In this document: positions 17,834-25,834 of the stretch, in pieces | Layout: each line of letters opens with the position of its first letter | How positions within the stretch are numbered: the stretch's first letter is position 1 | Source of the DNA: an uncultured Terriglobales bacterium | GTDB lineage: Bacteria; Acidobacteriota; Terriglobia; Terriglobales; Acidobacteriaceae | Assembly: GCA_964559835.1 (NCBI GenBank) | Contig: CAZLJE010000013.1 | Coordinates: forward strand, 54,209-118,208 | Direction of reading: 5' to 3' | Length of the DNA stretch: 64,000 nucleotides | Translations under genes and position numbers: made by a program | The notes under the pieces: model-generated | Database searches by the model: none | Seen by the model: the letters and a program-made list of their open reading frames with translations, nothing else | Told to the model about the DNA's origin: nothing

Positions 17834-18481
17834 TCAAACCTCTTGAACGATCGTCGGATCCGCTGCTGTGACCTGCACGGTTCTCGACTCGCGTACATGG
17901 CGCTGAACCAGCCTGTGGACCACGTAAATACAGATTGAAACGACTGCAACACCTGCCAAGACGGTTCCTGCTCGGCGAGCGTAACCAGCCGCGCGGTCCA
18001 AGTCGTGACTGAAGACGTATCCCAGTCCCGTGTAGGCGCATGAATAAATGCCCGCGCCAAGCGCGTCACAAGCCAGGAAGCGGAGCCGGCTGGTTCGGGA
18101 AGTTCCAGCCAGGGGCGGCGCTACCGCGTCCAGTCCTGGGACGAATTTGGCAAGCACGAGCAGCGGAAGGCCAAACCGGGCGAACGTCTCTTTGGCCCTG
18201 CGATCGTGGGCGTCGGGGTTGCGTGAGAGGCGGTGAATGAAATGCAAGACCTTGTCCCCGCGCCGCCGGCCCGCCTCGTACCACACCCAGTCAGCCAGTA
18301 CACAGGCAATGACAGCCAGACAGATCGAGGCGGTCAGGCCCAATTTACCGGCGGCTGAGAGCGCGCCGGCGGCGAGCAGGAAAAGAGGTCCGGGTAACGG
18401 TAACCCTATCTGGTGCGCGAATAACGCAGCGAACAGGATGGCGTAGCCATGCTTCAGAACGAATTGGACAATCACATTCAT
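17834..18481 (-). CDS. DedA/VTT-domain membrane protein
   Basis: KHGYAILFAALFAHQIGLPLPGPLFLLAAG..RFGLPLLVLAKFVPGL. Confidence 0.8.
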   Translation of the reverse strand: MNVIVQFVLKHGYAILFAALFAHQIGLPLPGPLFLLAAGALSAAGKLGLTASICLAVIACVLADWVWYEAGRRRGDKVLHFIHRLSRNPDAHDRRAKETFARFGLPLLVLAKFVPGLDAVAPPLAGTSRTSRLRFLACDALGAGIYSCAYTGLGYVFSHDLDRAAGYARRAGTVLAGVAVVSICIYVVHRLVQRHVRESRTVQVTAADPTIVQEV

Positions 18482-19335
18482 ATTGAATTCAGCCTACGCA
18501 GCCAATCTCTACGGAGATCCGCGCTTTCCAGGTAGACATAAGGCACGCGTCTGGCCGAACGTCGATCCCGGCTAACTCATTGCGCAAATTGAGATTCAGG
18601 AACTGGATGCAGGAGCAGATACGAAAGTGACTGCCCGCGGAAGGGCAGTGTCGACCAGATCGGGTCAGGGATGGAAATCGGGTTTATACGGCGCGGGTAA
18701 TCGGCAATGCGCCAGCAACCTGCCCACATTCGGTCGAGTGTTCGCATGAGGTCAATTCATAGTTGGAACATGCTCGTAGTCCGCTGCTAACACCTCCGCT
18801 CACGATTGCAGGCGCTCGCAGGTCTGGCTGTGGAACGAACTTCTGCTTCGGCGAGCGATATGACTGACTTTGAGATCTACGCCGATCCTACCTGCATCGT
18901 CTGCTCGCCGGGCGACCAGCGGCCGTGCGTCACTGTCAGTATTTACGTCCGGAGCCGAACGGATCGCTCAGCCTCGAACGGAACGGCTGACGGCATTTCC
19001 GAGATCAAACATGTTCTCGCTGAGCTTGGCATTCGCGAGAGATAGCGAAGGAATGCGGACGACATGGCAATGGTCGGAACAACAGCAATATTTTTCACGG
19101 CCAGCAACAGCGCTGTCCCCTCCGGTTCGCTTGAGGAACGCTCACTGTCGCAGCCATTCTCCGCGTGGCCGGCCGGACACTTGCCGACGTCATTATTCTG
19201 GGAGTCTCGGAAAAAGAGTACCTGGCATTTTATCCGTCACGGGTCGATACAATCGAACTGATCTGCTAAGCAGGTTACGCGTAACCCGGCAGCACTCATG
19301 AGTTCGTGATAAGTCCGCGTGCAGAAGGAATCAAG

Positions 19336-19761
19336 ATGCCGAAGACTGCGTCCGAGCAAAACAAGGCCGTCGTGCTGGAAGCGTTCGACACCCTATTCAA
19401 CAAGCGCGACTATGCGGCGGCAGAGCGTTTTTGGTCGCCGGAATACATTCAACACAGCGCGCATATCGAACCCGGACGAGACGGGCTCTTCAACCTCATC
19501 AAGGCCGCGCCGTCGTCGCTCAAGTATGAGCCTGGATTGATTCTTGCAGAAGGTGACTACGTCATCGTTCATGGCCGGTTTTCGAACATCGGACTGCCCG
19601 TGAACTGGATCGCAGCAGACGTCGTTCGCTTGAAGGATGGAATTCTCGTCGAGCACTGGGATGTCATTCAGGACGAGGCGACCGAAGAGCAATCGAAGAG
19701 CAAGGCGCCGATGTTCGGGTCGTCGTTTCCCGTTTATGAGCGGGAGCAAACGATTAGATAA
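19336..19761 (+). CDS. SnoaL-like / NTF2-fold protein (predicted ester cyclase family)
   Basis: NKAVVLEAFDTLFNKRDYAAAERFWSPEYIQHS..HGRF..VEHWDV. RBS GAAGGA before ATG 19336. Confidence 0.7.
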   Translation: MPKTASEQNKAVVLEAFDTLFNKRDYAAAERFWSPEYIQHSAHIEPGRDGLFNLIKAAPSSLKYEPGLILAEGDYVIVHGRFSNIGLPVNWIAADVVRLKDGILVEHWDVIQDEATEEQSKSKAPMFGSSFPVYEREQTIR

Positions 19762-19858
19762 CTGCTCAATTTTGCGATTCTGACGTATGCAGATGGACGA
19801 ATGGGTAGCTAAAAAACGCATCGAAAGAAGAGCGTCGAGGACTGTTGGCTAAGCGGCT

Positions 19859-22009
19859 ATGGCAATCGAAGTAACCGTCGGCCCACTGCAGATCACCATC
19901 AACCGGGGGTACACGTTCGTCTTATCGCAGCCGGACGGCTCGGTCCAACCGTATACCGATGAAGGGTTCTATTCTCGGGACACCCGTTACGTTAGCAGCT
20001 ACAAACTGTATGCGGATGGCGAGCACTGGGTGCTCCAGAACTCTAGCGCAATCGCCTATTACGCCTCCCGCGCCTATCTCATCAACCCGCGCCTTCGGAC
20101 CGAGTACGGGGAAATTGAACGCTCAGCCCTCAGTCTCGTGTTCACTCGCGCCGTGTACGACGGCGTGATCGAGGAGTTCGAGGTCCGTAACTACGGCATC
20201 GAGCGCGCGCGGTTCAACTTTGAAATCGCCCTGCGTACCGATTTCGCGGATATCTTCGAAGTCAAGTCGAGGCAGGTCATCCGCAAGGGGCACGTCACCA
20301 CGGATTGGTCGCTCGATCAGTGTCAGCTGATCAGCAAATACGAGCACAACGGCTTTGTCCGGTCGCTGGTTTCGACTTTCGCCAAAACCAGCTCCGAACC
20401 CGTTTACAACAACGGTCGCATCAGCTTCGGCGTGGATATTCCGCCACGCGCGATGTGGCGGAGCGCGGTCGAACATGCGTTTGTCGAGGGCGAGCCGAAT
20501 TCGAGGCCGTCGCGCAACACTCATGCCGTGCACCAGTGCCAGAGCGCAGCCGAACGCGAAATGGAAGAATGGAAGAAGGCGACGACTTCCCTGACCAGTT
20601 CGAATGAAGACATTTATCGGCTTTTTAAGCAGTCGTTGGAGGACATGGCAGCGCTGAGATTGCCATACGGCACCAACTCGCCCAATGAAGCAATCCCGGC
20701 GGCGGGTGTCCCGTGGTTCGTCGCCGTGTTCGGGCGCGACAGCCTGATCGTCAGCCTGCAGAACATGATCGTGCATCCCGATTTTGGACGAGGTGCTCTC
20801 AAGGTGCTCGGCGAACTGCAAGCCTCCGAAGTTGACGACTACCGCGACGCTCAGCCCGGCAAGATCCTGCATGAGATCCGCGTCGGCGAATTCGCCGCTC
20901 GCAAAAAGATTCCGCACACGCCATATTACGGAACCGCTGATGCCACCGCCCTCTATCTGATCACGCTCCACGAGGCCTGGCGGTGGTTGGGAGACGACTT
21001 GCTGTTCCGCCGCCACGAAGAAACCGCGCGCCGCTGCCTGGAGTGGATTGACCGCTACGGTGACATGGATGGCGACGGACTGCAGGAATTCCAGACACGT
21101 TCGCCGGATGGCTACGAAAATATGGGGTGGAAAGACGCGGGCGATTCCAACGTCGCCCCCGACGGCACTATTTTCAAAGGTCCCAAGGCGCTATGCGAAT
21201 TACAGGGATACACCTACGACGCCTGGCTGCGCATGGCCGACGCATTCGCCTATTTCGGTGACGAGGCGCTCGCACGCGCATTGCGGCAGAAAGCCGCCGC
21301 ACTCCGTGAGAAGTTCGAAGAGCTGTTCTGGTGTGAGGACACCGGGTTCTACGCTTACGCGCTCGACGGCGACAAGCGGCCGGTGAAGACGATCGTATCG
21401 AATCCTGGCCACCTGCTTTTCAGCGGCATTGTCAGCCCTGAAAGAGCCGCACGCGTGGTCCAACGATTGATGCAGCCGGACATGTGGAGCGGTTGGGGCA
21501 TCCGCACCCTGTCGGCGGAGAACCCGGCCTACAATCCGTTCTCATATCAGAACGGATCCGTGTGGCCGCACGACAACGGCATCATCGCAATGGGATTCCG
21601 CCGTTACGGATTCGCCAAGGAAGCTGCCATGATCGCACGCGATATCAGCGAGGCGGCGAGCTACTTCGTGTTTTATCGCTTACCGGAACTTTACGGCGGC
21701 ATTCGCCGCGAGCCCGGGAGCTTCCCAGTCCAGTATCTCGGCGCCAACGTGCCGCAGGCCTGGGCTGCGGGCAGTGTCTTCCACTTGGTGCGCGCTATTC
21801 TCGGCCTTGAAGCCAACGCGCACGCGCGAACTCTTTATGTCGATCCTGTTCTTCCGCGTTGGTTGCCGGAAGTTACCTTGCATGATCTCCGGGTCAGTGA
21901 CAGTACTGCCACAATCCGTTTCTGGAGCGAGGGCAGCCGCAGCCGGTTCGAAGTCCTCTCGTGTGATGGCGAACTGCACATCGAGCAAGGACCACCCCAA
22001 GACGACTGA
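19859..22009 (+). CDS. Amylo-alpha-1,6-glucosidase (GDE_N/GDE_C type glycogen debranching enzyme)
   Basis: VPWFVAVFGRDSLI, GKILHEIR, YYGTADATALY and WGIRTLS..YNPFSYQNGSVWPHDN. Confidence 0.85.
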   Translation: MAIEVTVGPLQITINRGYTFVLSQPDGSVQPYTDEGFYSRDTRYVSSYKLYADGEHWVLQNSSAIAYYASRAYLINPRLRTEYGEIERSALSLVFTRAVYDGVIEEFEVRNYGIERARFNFEIALRTDFADIFEVKSRQVIRKGHVTTDWSLDQCQLISKYEHNGFVRSLVSTFAKTSSEPVYNNGRISFGVDIPPRAMWRSAVEHAFVEGEPNSRPSRNTHAVHQCQSAAEREMEEWKKATTSLTSSNEDIYRLFKQSLEDMAALRLPYGTNSPNEAIPAAGVPWFVAVFGRDSLIVSLQNMIVHPDFGRGALKVLGELQASEVDDYRDAQPGKILHEIRVGEFAARKKIPHTPYYGTADATALYLITLHEAWRWLGDDLLFRRHEETARRCLEWIDRYGDMDGDGLQEFQTRSPDGYENMGWKDAGDSNVAPDGTIFKGPKALCELQGYTYDAWLRMADAFAYFGDEALARALRQKAAALREKFEELFWCEDTGFYAYALDGDKRPVKTIVSNPGHLLFSGIVSPERAARVVQRLMQPDMWSGWGIRTLSAENPAYNPFSYQNGSVWPHDNGIIAMGFRRYGFAKEAAMIARDISEAASYFVFYRLPELYGGIRREPGSFPVQYLGANVPQAWAAGSVFHLVRAILGLEANAHARTLYVDPVLPRWLPEVTLHDLRVSDSTATIRFWSEGSRSRFEVLSCDGELHIEQGPPQDD

Positions 22010-22015
22010 GCCACG

Positions 22016-22306
22016 TTATTCAGGTATGACTTCGATCGCGTTGATGGACGGATAATTCACGACGGGCGTGAAGTAGATCTCGATCTTCCCCTGGGCGGTT
22101 GGCTGAATGTGGGGAAATGACCGGACGATCGGTGCAGAGTTGGCCTCGGCGAGGATATCGAAATTCTTCAGGATCACTGATCCATTACAAGAAACATCGA
22201 ACACGCGGCTGCCGACGCCATTGATGTTGCCGTTCTGAGATCCGAACCAATGTTCGCGGAAGTGCAGTTTCAGTGTGTATGTGTGTTGCGGCGCGACAGG
22301 GATCAC
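22016..22306 (-). pseudogene. C-terminal malectin-domain fragment of a larger protein
   Basis: GSRVFDVSCNGSVILKNFDILAEA..GKIEIYF..PSINAIEVIPE is the end of a malectin-like carbohydrate-binding domain. No upstream part exists in this frame. Confidence 0.6.
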
Positions 22307-23243
22307 ATAATGAAAATGGCCAATACTTGGCCTGTTTGTAAGTGAGTTGAGAGAAGGAGAATATTGCGTGGCCGCAGTTGGTCGAAGCCCACTGCAGGCG
22401 GAAGAGACGGGCTAGTTCGGGGTGGAGTTTCGCGCGGAAGATGCGGCGGGCATAGGCGGCGTAAGCGGCCTGGAGTTCGCGGACCGTCTTCTTGCCGACG
22501 CGGTTTTTGCCGAAGCTGCCGACCGCCGCGGCTTCGATGCGATCGATGGATACGGCTGTGGCCGGTTCGTCAGAGGTCGCGGCTTCGAGCGCCTTGAGTT
22601 CGCACTCGGTGATGATGGGGATGCCCCGGCGTTTGAGTTCTTCCTCAAGGCTTGGGGGTAGTTTGGCTCCTCCGGTTATGTGGACGTTTCTCATAATGAT
22701 CAGTTCCTCGTTTGAGCGATTTTCGAATTCGCTCTTGGGTTTATCTTCGTTCTTACTTCTTATTTCTTTATTAGGTCGGGGTTCACTCGGGGCAGCGCCG
22801 GGGTTCAGTCGGGGGACAGTCGCGTTAGCAGTCACGCGCTCGTATTCAGGCCTGCAAGCGGCCCCGTGTTTCCATGCGTTTAGCCGGTAACCGAACCACC
22901 TGCCCACAGTCGGCTCGTACTTATGAATAAGCATTTGATAGCCGCCTCTTGCACCAACGCCTCGTGGATAGTTGATGTAGCGCTTCTTTTTGAGGGAGGC
23001 GAGGACGGCTTGGACGTGTCTTTCGTCGCGGGGGTAGCCGATCTGGTGAGCGATTCCGAGCGCGGTACCCTTGTAAATGCCGGTTTCGAAGTTGGCGCGC
23101 ATGTGGAGCGACATGTAGACGAGGAATTGAAAGGCATTAAGCTTCCCGGTCTCCAGGTGCTCCGCTAGTCCGCGACGAATTTGGACAAAGCCTTCCATGC
23201 GCGCCGTCGCCACAACAGGTTGTGGAGCAGTGCAGGTGCGCAC
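22185..23243 (-). CDS. Hypothetical winged-helix protein, phage/plasmid-like (probably 3'-disrupted)
   Basis: MEGFVQIRRGLAEHLETGKLNAFQFLVYMSL..GIAHQIGYPRDERHVQAVLASLKKKRYINYP resembles wHTH replication/regulatory proteins of mobile elements. Low-complexity K/E/N linker. The C-terminus reads through into the malectin fragment. Likely start 23198. Confidence 0.45.
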   Translation of the reverse strand: MRTCTAPQPVVATARMEGFVQIRRGLAEHLETGKLNAFQFLVYMSLHMRANFETGIYKGTALGIAHQIGYPRDERHVQAVLASLKKKRYINYPRGVGARGGYQMLIHKYEPTVGRWFGYRLNAWKHGAACRPEYERVTANATVPRLNPGAAPSEPRPNKEIRSKNEDKPKSEFENRSNEELIIMRNVHITGGAKLPPSLEEELKRRGIPIITECELKALEAATSDEPATAVSIDRIEAAAVGSFGKNRVGKKTVRELQAAYAAYARRIFRAKLHPELARLFRLQWASTNCGHAIFSFSQLTYKQAKYWPFSLCDPCRAATHIHTETALPRTLVRISERQHQWRRQPRVRCFL

Positions 23244-23322
23244 AACCTGTCGTGCGAAGGGAGCACCTTAGAGGGGCGTGGCGAAGTAGTCAATAAGGCG
23301 CGCTTGACAATCGAAGATTTCT

Positions 23323-23826
23323 GTGGAAATCGTTCCCGCTTCGGGAATCGCGGGCGTTAAACTAGCGCGCGTGTTAGCAAACTGGCGGCGTGGTGGAATC
23401 CTGGAAAACGTATACGTACCGCACACAGGCATCAGCGCCGGTCGGCGGGCGATGCTTGTCCCGGGGCAGCCAACCGCGTTTAGCGGCACATGTACCAACC
23501 TGCACGCAATCTGCTGGGTTAATCCGAACGCCTTTACCGCCCCAACCCAACTCGGCGCCGGCAACGCTCCCATCAACAACATCATCGGACCGAATTTTTC
23601 TGCGGTGGACCTTTCATTGCGAAAGGCAATCATCTTGCCTTTCAGGGAAGGCATGCGCTTGCAGTTCCAGGCGGATGCGTTTAATGCTTTGAACCATGCC
23701 AATTGGAACAATCCCGGCGTCGGGAACGCCCCCAGTCCAGGAAGCGCCAGCACCTCTACGTTCGGGCAAATCACGAGTGCCGGTCCGGCGCGGGTCCTGC
23801 AGTTCGGAGGAAAGTTTGTCTTCTGA
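23323..23826 (+). pseudogene. 3' fragment of a TonB-dependent receptor gene
   Basis: Only the last ~130 residues are present (FQADAFNALNHANWNNP..ARVLQFGGKFVF), colinear with the C-terminus at 1-507. No plug or N-terminal barrel upstream. Confidence 0.75.
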
Positions 23827-23827
23827 T

Positions 23828-23864
23828 TGCTTGCGGCTCCTTTCCATCGAGTCGGAGCCGCAAG
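23828..23864 (+). terminator. Stem-loop after the receptor fragment (12-bp stem, no clear U-tract)
   Basis: GCTTGCGGCTCC-N13-GGAGCCGCAAGC starts 2 nt after the stop. Confidence 0.4.
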
Positions 23865-23975
23865 CTGCACTCCTATTCACTAACGATGTCGATCGCCGCG
23901 CCATTGTGCCCTAGGGCAGGGGACCGAAACGTAAAGTTAAGGCTTCGCGAACGGCGCTCGCTGTAAGGAAAATCG

Positions 23976-25826
23976 ATGCTCAAATGCTGGCGACTTCTCT
24001 TGACGCTCGGGATATGTGTGACGCTCCTGGATCTCCCCGTAGTTGCGCAGGTTGCGCCGCTGATCGCCAATATCGCTGCTCGTCGCACCACGAGTCTGGA
24101 CGGTCCCTGGCGGACCATTGTCGATCCTTACGACGTAGGTTCCCTCGACTATCGCGCTGAGCCCCTCCACAACAACAATGCGTTCTACAAAGACTACAAA
24201 CCGAAATCGAAATCCGAACTCGTTGAATACGACTTCGATCATGCCGCACAACTCACCGTCCCCGGTGATTGGAACACCCAGCGGGAGACGCTGTTCTTTT
24301 ATGAGGGGAGTGTTTGGTACAAGAATGCCTTTGACTATTCACTGAAACCCGGAAGCCGACTATTCGTGCATTTTGGAGCAGTCAATTACAAGGCCTCGGT
24401 CTACCTGAATGGTCAGAAGTTGGGAGAACACGAAGGCGGATTTACGCCGTTTGATTTCGAGATCACGGACAAGGTGCGTGCCCAGAACAACGTACTCGTC
24501 GTTCTGGTGAACAACGTCCGCAAACCGGAACAAGTCCCCACCACCAATACCGACTGGTGGAATTACGGCGGTATCACGCGGCCGGTGACCTTGGTCGAAA
24601 CCCCGGATACGTTCATTCAGGACTACCTGGTACAGCTTGCGAAAGGATCGCAGCGACAAGTGCGGGGCTGGGTGCAACTCAACGGACCGCGCCGTCAGCA
24701 ACAGGTTGTGCTGCGAATCCCGGAGGCCGGTGTGACCCAGACTGTCCAGACCGACGCCTCCGGCAGAGCCGAGTTTTCGATCCCGGCGAAACTCGAGCTT
24801 TGGTCGCCGGAAGAGCCAAAACTCTACGACGTAGAGATCGCGTCGGAGACCGACCGCGTCATCGACCATATCGGTTTTCGCACCATCGAAGTGCGCGGCA
24901 CAGACCTGTTGCTGAACGGAAAACCAGTTTTCCTGCGCGGCGTCAGCATGCACGAAGAGGCGCCATTCCGCGGAGGACGGGCCTGGAGCAATGAAGATGC
25001 GCGCACGCTCCTCACGTGGGCAAAAGACCTGGGCTGCAACTTCGTACGGCTCGCGCATTATCCCCACAATGAGGAGATGATGCGCGTTGCCGATCAACTT
25101 GGCTTGATGGTCTGGGAAGAAGTGCCTGTCTATTGGACCATTCAATGGGACAATCCGGACACCCTCGCAAACGCCGAGAACCAGTTGGATGAGGCGATTA
25201 CTCGGGACCGCAATCGCGCTGGCCTCATCATTTATTCAGTCGCGAACGAAACTCCAGTGACCGACGCGCGCAATCGCTTCTTGCGCGCACTCATCCACAA
25301 CATTCGCTCGCACGACGACACTCGATTGGTTTCCGCGGCCCTCCAGAATCACGAGACAACGGCACAAGGCCGCATCACCATACGCATCGATGATCCCGTC
25401 GGAAAAGATCTCGACGTGATCGGCGACAACGAGTACATCGGATGGTATGTCCACACGCCGGAAGATGCCGATCGCGTCGATTGGGTGTCAGACGTCGGCA
25501 AGCCGCTGGTTATGAGCGAATTCGGCGCGGATGCGCTGTTTGGCTATCACGGCGACGCCGCCACGCGCTGGACCGAGGAATATCAGGAAAATGTCTTCCA
25601 GCATCAAATCGCGATGCTGAAGCGCGTCCCGTTTTTGCGCGGCATGTCTCCGTGGGTGCTGAAGGATTTTCGCAGCCCGCGGCGTACCCTCCCACATTTT
25701 CAGGACTATTTCAACCGGAAGGGCCTTTTGACTAATAATGGCGAAAAGAAAAAAGCTTATTTTGTCCTGCAGGACTTTTACCGCCACATGCAAACCAGCG
25801 AGCATGCAACGGCGATCCATCCGTAA
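23976..25826 (+). CDS. Glycoside hydrolase family 2 (beta-glucuronidase/beta-galactosidase-like), secreted
   Basis: Signal peptide. DWWNYGGITRPVTLV, NFVRLAHYPHNEEM, SVANETP (acid/base) and VMSEFGAD (nucleophile). Confidence 0.85.
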   Translation: MLKCWRLLLTLGICVTLLDLPVVAQVAPLIANIAARRTTSLDGPWRTIVDPYDVGSLDYRAEPLHNNNAFYKDYKPKSKSELVEYDFDHAAQLTVPGDWNTQRETLFFYEGSVWYKNAFDYSLKPGSRLFVHFGAVNYKASVYLNGQKLGEHEGGFTPFDFEITDKVRAQNNVLVVLVNNVRKPEQVPTTNTDWWNYGGITRPVTLVETPDTFIQDYLVQLAKGSQRQVRGWVQLNGPRRQQQVVLRIPEAGVTQTVQTDASGRAEFSIPAKLELWSPEEPKLYDVEIASETDRVIDHIGFRTIEVRGTDLLLNGKPVFLRGVSMHEEAPFRGGRAWSNEDARTLLTWAKDLGCNFVRLAHYPHNEEMMRVADQLGLMVWEEVPVYWTIQWDNPDTLANAENQLDEAITRDRNRAGLIIYSVANETPVTDARNRFLRALIHNIRSHDDTRLVSAALQNHETTAQGRITIRIDDPVGKDLDVIGDNEYIGWYVHTPEDADRVDWVSDVGKPLVMSEFGADALFGYHGDAATRWTEEYQENVFQHQIAMLKRVPFLRGMSPWVLKDFRSPRRTLPHFQDYFNRKGLLTNNGEKKKAYFVLQDFYRHMQTSEHATAIHP

Positions 25827-25834
25827 CGGTGACG

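Noticed and set aside
17832-18041. 70-codon N-terminal extension of the glycogen phosphorylase ORF.
   Set aside because: It overlaps the DedA gene, is Arg/Ser/Gly-rich, and an ATGATG with RBS AAGAGG at 17831 gives a normal-length GlgP.
18806-19301. Three overlapping 65-143-aa plus-strand ORFs in the DedA/SnoaL gap.
   Set aside because: No RBS, no motifs, mutually overlapping frames. Kept only as an 'unexplained gap' finding.
20123-21016. 297-aa minus-strand ORF inside the GDE-type debrancher gene. Similar long antisense or out-of-frame ORFs occur at 1202-1936, 24360-25145, 27197-27973, 28297-29172, 32218-33261, 33295-34368, 34546-35307, 40879-41739, 42693-43580, 47600-48289, 50032-50826 and 63205-63933.
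   Set aside because: Typical high-GC shadow ORFs. They are Arg/Gly/Pro/Ala-rich with no recognisable motifs, and each is fully embedded in a gene with strong family signatures on the other strand or frame.
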